A stretch of 64,000 nt of DNA from a virus, in IMG/VR virus record IMGVR_UViG_3300032323_000670, positions 51,977 to 115,976 of that record. The stretch is one strand, 5' to 3'. The notes beneath the pieces were generated by a model. The model was given only the letters and a program-made list of their open reading frames with translations. It did not search any database and was not told where the DNA came from. A program made the position numbers and the translations under genes. Each line of letters starts with the position of its first letter. The stretch's first letter is position 1. Positions 28,263-39,043 of the stretch are shown here, one piece after another.

Positions 28263-31200
28263 TGTTTTTTACCTTTTTTACCTGTACAAAGTCCCTCTAA
28301 AAATTCATTAACTGTATCATCAACCGATTGATTTTTGGTATTTTCCATGTTATCTTTCAAACGTTGAGATACTTCAGTAGGAGTAGATTTAACCTCATTA
28401 TTAGCGGCATCAGATTGAGCTTTTACATCTGGATCTGGAGTTACTGGTGTTACTTCTTTCGCCATAGGGGATATAATGTTAGGTATCTGCTTTGCAGTAA
28501 AGGTACTGATTTCTTTACTATTAAACAAATCATCTTTGCTTTGAGTAGGTCCTCCATTTTCATTCAAGATAATTTTAGCTACCGTAATTCCATCTTCAGT
28601 TTTAGCTATTACCATTCCTGGGAATCTGCTAACGGTCAGATTAACCTGAACAATATCTCCAACACTTATCTCATTTATCTCTAATACATCTTTTAACAGT
28701 TCCTTTCTTTTAGCTAGTGCCTCCCTTACTTGGTCTGCAGTTAGGTTCTGTTGTTGAAGTATAGGATCTAATAAACCACGTGATCTAAGACCTTTTAATT
28801 CTGTATTAATAGCTTCAAGTTCAGATTTATTAGCAATGAAGATAGAATTCTTAAGATCCAGCATAGCGCTTGATACTTGAGGACCAGTTGTAGCCTTACC
28901 TTGAAGTATATCAAGTATACCTTTACCGCTAGGTGTAGGTATTACTTTACTTCGGCCAATCCCAGCCACAGCATTTTTATAGTTATCCTTACCTGTCTCT
29001 GTATAGTCATCTATAAGATCCGTGGTATCACTAACAAATGCTATATCTACTTGGTTAGAAGATGCTGCTTCATTGTTATCAAAGACTACTGTAAGTCCTT
29101 GTTTAGCAAGTTCTCTAGCTTGAGCCATAGTTTTAGTCCAAACCAAGTTAGTCATAACATATCTTAGAGTTGAGCTTAGACCCACAGGAACTCGATTTCC
29201 TTTAGCTGTTCTAATTACACTTATTGAATAGTTAAAAGCTTTAACTTTATCTGGAGTGAGTCCATTATCAATTACATTAACTATAGTTTCTGCTGCTGAT
29301 GAAAACTCATCAGTAATATCTGACTCAGCTAACTCTCTAAGTTTTTCTACTAGTTCATCACTAAACTCACCTGCTACCACTTTAGCATATATAACATTAC
29401 CGTATACAACACCCGGCATGTCAAATAACTTAGTGGTAGAATCTTTACTAGGACTAACATAAATAATCTTACCTTGAAGTTCAGGAGTAACTATAGACTT
29501 TGGAGCTTCTGTAGTAGTAGATGTTAGTTTAGTCAGATTCTTTTTCATGATCTGTCTACCGTCTTCTAGTAATACTTTATCTCCGCGGTCTTCTTTTATT
29601 ACACCTTCACCGTCTTTAAGAGTATTAACTTTAACTGTATCTCCTACATTAAGTGTAAGGTCTTCAAACTCCATCTGGGTTTGAGTACCTGTTTCACCTT
29701 GCTCAGTAGTTTCTTCAACAGGTTGAGTTTGAGTTTTAGATAGTGAACCGGGTCCATAAAAAGATTTAGCATCATATATTACATAAAAAGGATCCACCTT
29801 CTCAATACCAATTATATGATTTATAACTTTAACACCCTTAACCTCAGGATTTGATTTTTGAAAATCATTAAATAGAGATATGATAGCAGGATTAACGTTT
29901 GCTTTGTCAGCACTATCATACTCTGCATTAGGGTCATTCTTTATGTAAGAACCATTAGCTGGATTGTTAAACTTATAACCCTTTGCTTTAAGTTCTTCAT
30001 ACAACTCTTTTTCAGACTTGTTAGCATCTATAACTATAAATTTAGACTCATCTATTTCACCTGCAATAGGCTCTCCGTATCTTTTAACAAGAAATGGTGT
30101 AGTAGTAGATGATGCATTTAAACCATCTCCAAACTGACTGATCTGATCTTTACCTCTTTGGAAATTACCAAAATCAAAGTTTTGTGGAGCAACGCTTGTA
30201 TGATGGTATACAGTAACTATATTAGGTGCTTGTGCTGCCTTAGGTTGAGTACCTAATAAAGGACTAATGAGTTTATCATACTTATCATAGATCTGCTTAT
30301 ATAATTGACTCTCGAGAGGTGATAACTTACTCTTATCTAGTTTACCGTTTGCATCTTTATAGCTTTCTATATTAGGTATAGCATAAAGAAGCTCCGCCTG
30401 TTCTCTAGCTCTTAGATCAGCTACTACTTGCTCATTAGTTTCTTCAGTAGGTTGTTCTTCTGTTGTTTCAGTACCTTCTAAAGCAGCCAGCTCCGCATCA
30501 TACTTAGCATTGATAGCATCAGTTTTTTTACCTCCTCTGCTTTGTACTTCCTGTACTTCAGAGTACTCAAACTTATTAGGATTGATTACCTCATAAATCT
30601 TATCATTACTTAAATCTTTACTATACTCATTAGTGTAAGAACCTTTAGTATCAAGGTTGGTAACTTTAACTATCTTCTTATCTCCAGTGGTATGTATTTG
30701 AACTTCAAAAGTAGTTCCGTCATCTTCTGTGTATGTTCTTTTTTCCATTACCCCTAGCTCTTCTTGTCTTCTTCTTTCTATATCAGCTTTCTTAGTTTCT
30801 ATTTCAGATTGAGCAGGTGTTTCTGTAACTGGTCCTGCGCCCGTTAGCTCGTTAAGTCTTTCTTCAGATATAGGATTCTCAGGGTATTCAATAATTATAT
30901 TCTCTCTACCAGTAATGTCATAGATATCTGTACTACCGGGACCTTTTACATACATAGTATATTTACCCTTTCCATCTATCTGGAACTTCACTGATGTGAA
31001 TGTCTTACCAGTCTTAGTTACCTTAAGGGGAAAGATTACAATGTTTTTTACATCTATACCGAATACTTGTTTAAGTAACTCTCTATATGCGTTCTGTTGT
31101 GCCTCATCATCAGACTTATAGAAGTATACTTTAAACCCATATTTACCGTCTAGTTCTTGGAATTGAGGATTGTTTCTGAATTCTTTTAACTTTTCAAGTT

Positions 31201-34200
31201 GTTCAGGTGATACTCTTTTACCGTCTATTACTGTATCAATGTTATTTTCTGATTTGTTTATAGCATCTTTAACTTCAGGCCATTCTGCGCCAAACATATT
31301 CTCCAGTGCTTCTTCAGCTTTATACTGCAGTCTTCTGTCTTGAGTAGATGTCTTTAAGTCAATGATAAATACCTCACCTAAACTGTTAAAAGCTAATACG
31401 TCAATACTACCAGCTACATTTACAGGTTTGCCATCAGTTCCTATTTTAGGACCTAATACTCCATATAGGGTAGGTATACGGGCATCAACTCTTAAACCAA
31501 GAGATTTGATTTGTCTTTGTACAGTTCTGAAACTATCAAAAAGCTCATTCAACATTGCATCAGAGAATATAGCTGACGGGTACTGTTGTCTAAGTGAGTT
31601 ATATCTAGTTTTAAAATCAACTATGTTAGTGATCTCATTACTTAAGTAATCTCTTAGAAGTTCATCAATTACAGTTCCTCTATCCGCTGCTCCTGGAGCA
31701 AAGTCACCTTTATCTTTAACTACATTAGATACACGCTCATGTCTTGTACCAGGTATTTCATTACCGTATACATCAGCTTTAGCATACCAACTGTCTATGA
31801 CTTTACCCTTGTCATCTTTAAGTTCAAATACTTTAAAACCAGCTTTCTCTAACTTTATCTTAAGATCTTTAATAGCATTTTCTACAACAGCTTCTGCTGG
31901 TAAAAACTCATCAAATTCTATTTCAACATCTCCACTCTTTCTTCTTAGAGTTATCTTCTTTTTACGTTTCTCTTTGATGATTTCTTCTACCTCAGCTTCC
32001 CCCATGTTATTCATCTCAGCTACGGTGTAACCAAGATCTGTTATAACTCTTTTTCTTTCTTCTTCAGTAAGAGCGGGTACAGCAGCTGCACCTTGTTTAG
32101 CTACAGTCTGTTTTACTTTCTCAGCTTGATACTTCTTTCTTATATCTGCTGCTAATGGAGAAGTTAGTTTCCATGACTCATAGTTCATACCTAGTCTTTC
32201 ACTAGGATCTAGTTCACTTAGTGCTTGTTGGAAACCTTCTTTTAATAATTCTTCTAGTGCGGGTTCTTCTTCAGTTGTTACCTCTTCAGTCACCTCAGTC
32301 TCTTCAGCTGTAAGGTTTGGAGCTACACCAGGTTGTGATAACTTATTTGTAATAACAATAACAGCTTCATCATAAACAGATGGTGCTCTTTTATTACCAA
32401 ATAGTCTTCTGAGTAAAGTCTTTATCTCATTTATAAATGTATCCCATAGAGTCTTAGACTCTTCAGTTTGTTCAGTAAGATTATCTGTAAAAGGAAGACT
32501 TTCTAACTTCTGTTGTAATAGAGGACTCGTCATTACTTCTGCAACAAATCCTTCATTACTAGCTAATGCTAATGATAACAAAGTTTTTTCTACAGGATCT
32601 TTTGTATCTGCTTCCAGTTTAGCTCTAAGATTAGTTATAGCATTTGCAAATGCAGAGTCTGTTTGTAATGATTCTGATACAATCTTTTGCATCATAGCAT
32701 TCATTATAGAAAACTCAATAGGTACAACACCTATGTTATACCCTTCTGAACTAAATCTAGGATCTACAATGATACCGTTCTGGTCATCAAACGTACTATT
32801 AGTATGATGATCCATTTTAAATGTTACCTGTGTACCAACTGGTACCATTCCTGATAAAATCTGAGCTAGCTTCTTTAAATCTTTTTCTGCAAACTTGCTA
32901 TTGATAACAGCTTGTAAAACTTGACGAGCATCAACTTGTGTTGTTTGTGATGTAGGATCAAAACCAAACTCTTTACCTAGTTCATTTACAGTTCTTTTAT
33001 CATCTTTCAGCTTATCCCTAAATGACTGAAGATTACCTTCAACCTGTTTGATGTAACGCTTTCCAGTCTCTTCAAAGTAAGCTTCATCATACTCATCTAC
33101 TAAGGCCATGATGCCTTTATACTCTTCACTACCAAGCTCTATCTTTTCTAAAGTATCAGCGCTATAAAATGTAACAGGTATCTCATTATCATCTAAGAAA
33201 GCTTGTGCTTCATCTGGATCTACAAAAGCATTAAATTTTTCAAATAGATCATTCAAAAAGTTATTAGTTAAATACTTCTTTTTGTATGTAGCTAATGACT
33301 CTTTTAACTTTTCTTTTCTTACTGCCATTGCAGCTTTCATTGCATTTGCCACACGCCCCTTCATTTGAGCAAATTGTTGTGGATTAGCAAAAGCATTTAT
33401 AGCGTTAGCATATTCAGCTCTATCACCAAATAATTTCCAGTAATCTCTATATGCCTGATATGTTTTTTCAATGTCTTTATCTAATACAACTTGACCATTC
33501 TGTTCAGCAAGTAACTTGATATGATTAAAGAAGCTGTCTTTAAATAATGCTTCTGTTTCTTCAAGTACCTTAGAGTTTTCTGCAAAAGATTCTTCATTTT
33601 GAGAAACCTTTTGAGTAGTAAGATACTGACCTAAGTATAACCGAGAGAGTCCTGATAGAGACTCAAGGCTTTGTTTCTTTTTAGTAAGTTGTTCTTTTTT
33701 AGCAGCATTCTCAGGTCTATCACCTAATGCCTCAATCTCTTTAGTAAGCATCTCTACTTCAGCAAGCATGCCTGGTCTAAGAATAGGAGCTTCTGATGAA
33801 GGCATACCAATTGAGAACAAAGGTGCAAAGTCTGTTACATTAGCATTCTTGAAAGGTAATGAGTTTGTAAAATCATTATATATACTTTCCATACGTCCTG
33901 CTACAAACTTAAAGTGTATGTCATTGCTGATCATTACACTTCTCATTTGTTCAAACGCTAAATAGTCTTCAGGTTCATCTTTTAAAGAATGCGGATTTAT
34001 AGTATTCTCATACTCTTCATACACATCTCTAATCTCATTTGTTCTTGCTATAACTTTTTCAAGTCTTTCTTGAACGGTTCCTTTTTCTGCAGCGGGGTCT
34101 TCACCAAATGCTTCTTGTAATTCTTCTTTACTTAAATTTCTTAGACCTTTAAGCTGATCTTGGAATATATCAAATCTACCAGCATTCAATAACTGAATAC

Positions 34201-36070
34201 TATGACTTACTAAAGATGCATCTCTGGTGTCTCTAGCAAATTTACCATCTCCGTCTAATGCAGCTTGTTCTCCAGCAATAGCCAAGTCTCTTTGTATCTT
34301 AAGATCTTTCTCTAATGCATTAAAATATGCAATAGGATCTTTAGTTACCTCGTTCATTGCCTCAAGAGTCTTCTGATCAAACTCAAGCTCTCTGTCTATT
34401 TGGGCTTGGTAAGGATTCTCTTTACCTGCGTTTGAAGGATCAGCTGAAAACTTCTGAGCTTGATTCTTAAGCTTCTTCATTCTTACAGCATCATATCCTT
34501 TATAGAATGCACTCTGAGTCATTGTCATTGGCCCAGCCATCAAAAATCCAGACAAGAAAGTTTCAAGACCTTGATTAGATGCTTGTGACTTAAGACCGCT
34601 CTCCATCATTGTACGGAAATAGCCTGAGCCCGCTAAGTTTGGATTATTATATGTATTTACAAAATAGTCTGTAATACCTTTTCCTACAGCTTCTTGATAA
34701 ACCTCTTGTGTACCTTCCATTAAGTTAGCAGACAGATAGTTAAGTCCACCTTTACCTAAATTCTTAGGATTGAATACATGTTTATAATAAGCACGTTTAG
34801 TATATTTAGAAGCACCTTTTAACATAGAGTGTGGATCTACACCCATCTTTTTCCAATCCTTATTAAATATGAATGTAGCTTTACTTTTACCGGCTGCCTT
34901 TTCTAAATTCTTTAAACCTGGTATACCTTTAAGCGCTTTATCTAATACAATCTTATTGGATACATAGATACCAGCTATGTTAGCTTGACTAGATAAATAA
35001 CCTGCTTTAGTAGCTTGTGCTGCTATAGATTGTGCTTCAGCTAAGTTTGGTTCTCTACCGTTATCTTTTCTAAACTTAGCCATCAGTTGGTTAGCTACAT
35101 TATTCTGTGCTGTACCACCTTCCATTTTAGCTTCAGAGGTAACAGCATTTATCTCACGTAAGTCTCTATAAAAAGTACCAAAAGCTTTAGAAGTTTTAGC
35201 CATATTATCTAGAGAGTCCCATTTAGCAGCAGCTTTTCCTGTCTTTGTAAGTAAAGATGTTGTTTGACTAAGTGGTAAAAACTCTCTTACTCCACCTGCT
35301 GCTGTTTTAGCAATTTTCCAAGCTTGTCTAGCATCATCAACCTTAGTTAACATTTTAAGTGCTCTGAAAGCTCTACCTACATTTGTTCCTGTTCTGGCAA
35401 TTGCACCTACTGTTGCTGCACCACCGGTTGGTAATGCACCTACTGTCCCAGCAAAAAATAATGCTACTTCTTCAGCTAAGATCTCAGCCATCACACCATA
35501 AGTGTAACCAGCATTAACTCCAAAGTTTATTGCTTTAGCACCAAACCCTTCTCTACTAGATGAACCAATAGACATGAGTCTTTCCATATCCTCTGCCTCT
35601 TCTGTATTAGGTTTATCAGAAAGGAAACTTCCCCAGTTAGTAAATGTACTTGAAGCTCCTAGTCCCGCTAAACGTAAAGCTGTTCTTCCTCCTCTTGCTG
35701 CATCATTCCATAATGAAGAATTGTTATTATAAAACTCTTCATTGTTTCTAAATGGACTAAAACCTAACTGCTTGAATTTACCGTGTGCGTAATATCTTTC
35801 AAAGTTCTGACCGTAATGAGAAGAATTATAGGTAGTAAGTTTATTATACTTGTTTTCATCTGGCTTATACAGATCTAACATCATTCCATTAAGACGAGCT
35901 ACTTTTTGATCTACATAAGACATGCCAGCAGGCTTAGGGTTAGCTCCTGTTTTAGGAGTACCCGCCATCTTCTGAGCATTAGTAGAAATAGGTTCAGGGG
36001 TTAACTTACTACGTGTAGGAAGATTTTGAGCAGATTGTTGCCCAGTATTTGTGTTTTCTTCTAAAGCCAT
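28259..36070 (-). CDS. Giant virion/ejection protein (2603 aa) with PD-(D/E)xK nuclease and accessory domains
   Basis: N-terminal Gly/Ala-rich hydrophobic helices; GSIDVL...IIDLKTS...QNAY nuclease motifs; VYHHTS ART-like module. Confidence 0.8.
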   Translation of the reverse strand: MALEENTNTGQQSAQNLPTRSKLTPEPISTNAQKMAGTPKTGANPKPAGMSYVDQKVARLNGMMLDLYKPDENKYNKLTTYNSSHYGQNFERYYAHGKFKQLGFSPFRNNEEFYNNNSSLWNDAARGGRTALRLAGLGASSTFTNWGSFLSDKPNTEEAEDMERLMSIGSSSREGFGAKAINFGVNAGYTYGVMAEILAEEVALFFAGTVGALPTGGAATVGAIARTGTNVGRAFRALKMLTKVDDARQAWKIAKTAAGGVREFLPLSQTTSLLTKTGKAAAKWDSLDNMAKTSKAFGTFYRDLREINAVTSEAKMEGGTAQNNVANQLMAKFRKDNGREPNLAEAQSIAAQATKAGYLSSQANIAGIYVSNKIVLDKALKGIPGLKNLEKAAGKSKATFIFNKDWKKMGVDPHSMLKGASKYTKRAYYKHVFNPKNLGKGGLNYLSANLMEGTQEVYQEAVGKGITDYFVNTYNNPNLAGSGYFRTMMESGLKSQASNQGLETFLSGFLMAGPMTMTQSAFYKGYDAVRMKKLKNQAQKFSADPSNAGKENPYQAQIDRELEFDQKTLEAMNEVTKDPIAYFNALEKDLKIQRDLAIAGEQAALDGDGKFARDTRDASLVSHSIQLLNAGRFDIFQDQLKGLRNLSKEELQEAFGEDPAAEKGTVQERLEKVIARTNEIRDVYEEYENTINPHSLKDEPEDYLAFEQMRSVMISNDIHFKFVAGRMESIYNDFTNSLPFKNANVTDFAPLFSIGMPSSEAPILRPGMLAEVEMLTKEIEALGDRPENAAKKEQLTKKKQSLESLSGLSRLYLGQYLTTQKVSQNEESFAENSKVLEETEALFKDSFFNHIKLLAEQNGQVVLDKDIEKTYQAYRDYWKLFGDRAEYANAINAFANPQQFAQMKGRVANAMKAAMAVRKEKLKESLATYKKKYLTNNFLNDLFEKFNAFVDPDEAQAFLDDNEIPVTFYSADTLEKIELGSEEYKGIMALVDEYDEAYFEETGKRYIKQVEGNLQSFRDKLKDDKRTVNELGKEFGFDPTSQTTQVDARQVLQAVINSKFAEKDLKKLAQILSGMVPVGTQVTFKMDHHTNSTFDDQNGIIVDPRFSSEGYNIGVVPIEFSIMNAMMQKIVSESLQTDSAFANAITNLRAKLEADTKDPVEKTLLSLALASNEGFVAEVMTSPLLQQKLESLPFTDNLTEQTEESKTLWDTFINEIKTLLRRLFGNKRAPSVYDEAVIVITNKLSQPGVAPNLTAEETEVTEEVTTEEEPALEELLKEGFQQALSELDPSERLGMNYESWKLTSPLAADIRKKYQAEKVKQTVAKQGAAAVPALTEEERKRVITDLGYTVAEMNNMGEAEVEEIIKEKRKKKITLRRKSGDVEIEFDEFLPAEAVVENAIKDLKIKLEKAGFKVFELKDDKGKVIDSWYAKADVYGNEIPGTRHERVSNVVKDKGDFAPGAADRGTVIDELLRDYLSNEITNIVDFKTRYNSLRQQYPSAIFSDAMLNELFDSFRTVQRQIKSLGLRVDARIPTLYGVLGPKIGTDGKPVNVAGSIDVLAFNSLGEVFIIDLKTSTQDRRLQYKAEEALENMFGAEWPEVKDAINKSENNIDTVIDGKRVSPEQLEKLKEFRNNPQFQELDGKYGFKVYFYKSDDEAQQNAYRELLKQVFGIDVKNIVIFPLKVTKTGKTFTSVKFQIDGKGKYTMYVKGPGSTDIYDITGRENIIIEYPENPISEERLNELTGAGPVTETPAQSEIETKKADIERRRQEELGVMEKRTYTEDDGTTFEVQIHTTGDKKIVKVTNLDTKGSYTNEYSKDLSNDKIYEVINPNKFEYSEVQEVQSRGGKKTDAINAKYDAELAALEGTETTEEQPTEETNEQVVADLRAREQAELLYAIPNIESYKDANGKLDKSKLSPLESQLYKQIYDKYDKLISPLLGTQPKAAQAPNIVTVYHHTSVAPQNFDFGNFQRGKDQISQFGDGLNASSTTTPFLVKRYGEPIAGEIDESKFIVIDANKSEKELYEELKAKGYKFNNPANGSYIKNDPNAEYDSADKANVNPAIISLFNDFQKSNPEVKGVKVINHIIGIEKVDPFYVIYDAKSFYGPGSLSKTQTQPVEETTEQGETGTQTQMEFEDLTLNVGDTVKVNTLKDGEGVIKEDRGDKVLLEDGRQIMKKNLTKLTSTTTEAPKSIVTPELQGKIIYVSPSKDSTTKLFDMPGVVYGNVIYAKVVAGEFSDELVEKLRELAESDITDEFSSAAETIVNVIDNGLTPDKVKAFNYSISVIRTAKGNRVPVGLSSTLRYVMTNLVWTKTMAQARELAKQGLTVVFDNNEAASSNQVDIAFVSDTTDLIDDYTETGKDNYKNAVAGIGRSKVIPTPSGKGILDILQGKATTGPQVSSAMLDLKNSIFIANKSELEAINTELKGLRSRGLLDPILQQQNLTADQVREALAKRKELLKDVLEINEISVGDIVQVNLTVSRFPGMVIAKTEDGITVAKIILNENGGPTQSKDDLFNSKEISTFTAKQIPNIISPMAKEVTPVTPDPDVKAQSDAANNEVKSTPTEVSQRLKDNMENTKNQSVDDTVNEFLEGLCTGKKGKKQ

Positions 36071-36094
36071 AATCTAAATAGTGTTATACTTTAC

Positions 36095-39019
36095 TTACTG
36101 TAAACCTCTTATGGTTCTTAAGTTATCATTAGCCGTAGCTTGCAACATCATATTTGCTTTTAAAACTAATCTATCAAAGTCAGCATCAGTAGGTAATATG
36201 TCAAATGCTCCTAATCCACCATTAGATAATTGAGCTGGCTCAAAAGTTTTAGTTTCTGGATTATAAATCTTCATATTACTATTAAACAGGATAGACCCAT
36301 CTGCATTCTTACTTAGGGTAATTGAACCTGCGGATTTCTCATAAGCATTAATAGTATAAGAACCTTTCATGTTAAAGATAGCTTCTTGTGGTGAACCATC
36401 TAATTGCTTAAAGAAATTAGAATTGACATCCTTCCTATCCATTACAACAGTAATCTCATTACCTTCTATACCTTTTGTAAAACCGGCTGAACTATCACTT
36501 CCTGCATTTGCTTTTAAGTAAGCATCAGATATTTTAAAAGTTACACCAACTTGATCAGGATTACCTGCTACTATAGCAGTACGAGTTACACTCATCACAG
36601 GCCTATTAGCATCTGTACCTTTATACTGTGTACTGAACGCATCTCTTAAAGTTTGATCTAGTATTTTTCTTGCTGACATTGAACTTTCATCATCAACATC
36701 TATATCAAGATCATCAGCTGTAAGAGCTCCTACGCCTCCAAATACAACTTTATTATTAGCAAAAGAAGCATCAGCTAATGCTTTAGCTATATCACCTCTA
36801 TATAATTCTCTAATCTTTTCACGAGTACCACCTAAAACTTTTGTTCCATCTTCAAGAGTTACAACTTGTACATCAGCTGGATCTAGTGTATACATCTTAT
36901 TCTTTACAGCAAAACCTTCCTCACCTTCACCACCCATTGTACCGTATGGTGTTTTTAAAGTTACCTTACCGCTGTTAAAGGTTTCTTTGTGTTTTTCTTT
37001 TAATCTTTCATATGCATCATCGCCATCTTCCATAAAGGTATCCATTGCTAATGCGCCAAGCGTACCAATACCTGAAAGATACATCAAGTTATTATCAAGA
37101 GCAGTTCTTATATTATGTCTTTTTTCCCATTCTTTTACAAATGAAGATTCACTTCTTATATTTCCCGACTCATCATAAAATAAATCTACATCTGTTACAC
37201 CTTCAGCAATCATTTGGTTTCTTACAGCAGCATTATTAGCAGTTTTAGCATCTCTTTGAGAAGCAACAAGTTGACGATTATCACTTATCTGCTGTGTAAT
37301 ATTACCCAGCTCTGTCATTAACTCAGGGCTATCTATAAACAAGCCATTACCACTAGTTGCTACTAAACCATCTAGATTAGATTCAGTGTTCTTTCTAGCC
37401 TCAGCTATCTTTTTAATATTTCCATATATACCTTGACCATCTTTTGTTGAAAGTAAATCGTTAAGGCTATAGTCTTCAAGACTTTTACTGGTTATACTTT
37501 CTAATGCTTGTTTTGCAACAGCTCTTTGACTTTCTGATTTATTAGGATCATTAGCAACCTGCTGCAAAGCATTTTTCATCTTAGTTATTCTCTGATTACT
37601 AAGAGCATCTAGATTAGATTCATTTTCAGAAAAAACTGTTTCTATTTTTTGTTGCATGTCATAATCACCTGGTGTGACATTCTGACCGCCTGTTACATCA
37701 ATACCATCTGTACCATATGCTTGCGCCATTAGAGCTTTTTCAGCAGCTTCCTCTTCTTTTTCTTTCTTCTTAGCAGCTGCATCAAGAGATGCTTTATAAC
37801 CAATTTCAGACATTCTAAGACCATGTTCAAAATTAGCAAGAGCATACTTATCTTCAGTCATCTCTTGCTCCATGGTGTTCATAGCATAACTTGTAGCAGC
37901 GCCCTCCATATCATTAAATAATAACTCATTTGCTGTAGCTGCATCAATTCTTTGACGTAATGCTTGAACGCTCATGTTTTGGTAATCAATACCGTCTGTA
38001 TTATTTAATGAATCTGTAGCCATCGTACCTACAGCTTGAGCATTTGCTGCTTCTTCAGGTAAACCGTTAAGCATGTTTATAAATGCAGCATCAACCTCAT
38101 CATTAAGAGGTACATTCTTAGTTACTTCTTCTCCTACCTTTTGTTGATTATCAATCTGCTTTAACTGTTTTTCAGACTGTTGTTTAAGGGCAAGCATAGT
38201 CTGGTTGATTGTCTTAGCTTGATTAAATAGATATTCTTTCTCTGCAGCTAGTTTATCACCACCAAACTTTTCAGTATTAGCATATGTATAATCTTTTCTT
38301 TGCAAGTAAGCCTGTGTATTATACATTGCTGTAGTAGCAGGATCATTAGCAGAAAGTCTTATGAAAGCTTCAGTAAGACCGGTAACCATAGCAGGACCGT
38401 TCTTTGTAGTTATACGATATCTACCATCAGGAGTAAAGTCAATAGTCTTAATGTTAAAGCCCATATCCTTTGCAAAGTCCATAGCTTTCTTATATACATC
38501 TACGTAAGGAGTATAGGTAGGATTTTGAAAACCTAAAGATTCTTCAAGAGATGCATCCACAAAGTCTGCTCTCTGATAGTCTAATGCTCTTACACCACCA
38601 TCCCAGTATTTACCTCCACACTTCTTCTCATCAGTACAGTTTAAAAAGTACTGCGCCTTACCTTGCTCATCTCTATAAGTTCTGGTAAAAGACATGTCTT
38701 TTAACATGTACTTATCATCTATAAGTGGTTGGAAGATCTTACCAGCTGCGTTTACATTTTCACTGCGTGATAGATCAAGACCGGATACCTTTTGTATATT
38801 AGTCTGAATCTTATTAAAGAAGTCATCTCTTCTTTCAATATTATCACCTCTACTTAACTCAGAGTTAAGCAAAGTCCCGTACATGTTACTGATCTTATCA
38901 TAACCGGCCTGATACTGAGCCTGCTTGGTTTCAAGCACACCTTGGTAAAAATTCAGGTCCGGTTTAAATGGTTGGATCTGCGGGATATAATCGGTTACGC
39001 CTTGTAAGTAAGTTGCCAT
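36095..39019 (-). CDS. Virion cargo protein (974 aa)
   Basis: Long helical ORF in the cargo block preceding the giant genes. Confidence 0.7.
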   Translation of the reverse strand: MATYLQGVTDYIPQIQPFKPDLNFYQGVLETKQAQYQAGYDKISNMYGTLLNSELSRGDNIERRDDFFNKIQTNIQKVSGLDLSRSENVNAAGKIFQPLIDDKYMLKDMSFTRTYRDEQGKAQYFLNCTDEKKCGGKYWDGGVRALDYQRADFVDASLEESLGFQNPTYTPYVDVYKKAMDFAKDMGFNIKTIDFTPDGRYRITTKNGPAMVTGLTEAFIRLSANDPATTAMYNTQAYLQRKDYTYANTEKFGGDKLAAEKEYLFNQAKTINQTMLALKQQSEKQLKQIDNQQKVGEEVTKNVPLNDEVDAAFINMLNGLPEEAANAQAVGTMATDSLNNTDGIDYQNMSVQALRQRIDAATANELLFNDMEGAATSYAMNTMEQEMTEDKYALANFEHGLRMSEIGYKASLDAAAKKKEKEEEAAEKALMAQAYGTDGIDVTGGQNVTPGDYDMQQKIETVFSENESNLDALSNQRITKMKNALQQVANDPNKSESQRAVAKQALESITSKSLEDYSLNDLLSTKDGQGIYGNIKKIAEARKNTESNLDGLVATSGNGLFIDSPELMTELGNITQQISDNRQLVASQRDAKTANNAAVRNQMIAEGVTDVDLFYDESGNIRSESSFVKEWEKRHNIRTALDNNLMYLSGIGTLGALAMDTFMEDGDDAYERLKEKHKETFNSGKVTLKTPYGTMGGEGEEGFAVKNKMYTLDPADVQVVTLEDGTKVLGGTREKIRELYRGDIAKALADASFANNKVVFGGVGALTADDLDIDVDDESSMSARKILDQTLRDAFSTQYKGTDANRPVMSVTRTAIVAGNPDQVGVTFKISDAYLKANAGSDSSAGFTKGIEGNEITVVMDRKDVNSNFFKQLDGSPQEAIFNMKGSYTINAYEKSAGSITLSKNADGSILFNSNMKIYNPETKTFEPAQLSNGGLGAFDILPTDADFDRLVLKANMMLQATANDNLRTIRGLQ

Positions 39020-39032
39020 AGTTTATAATGTA

Positions 39033-39043
39033 AATATACTAAT
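39033..39043 (-). promoter_or_regulatory. Candidate late-promoter motif ATTAGTATATT
   Basis: Identical 11-mer also at 44252-44262; both lie 8-13 nt upstream of start codons in intergenic gaps. Confidence 0.4.
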
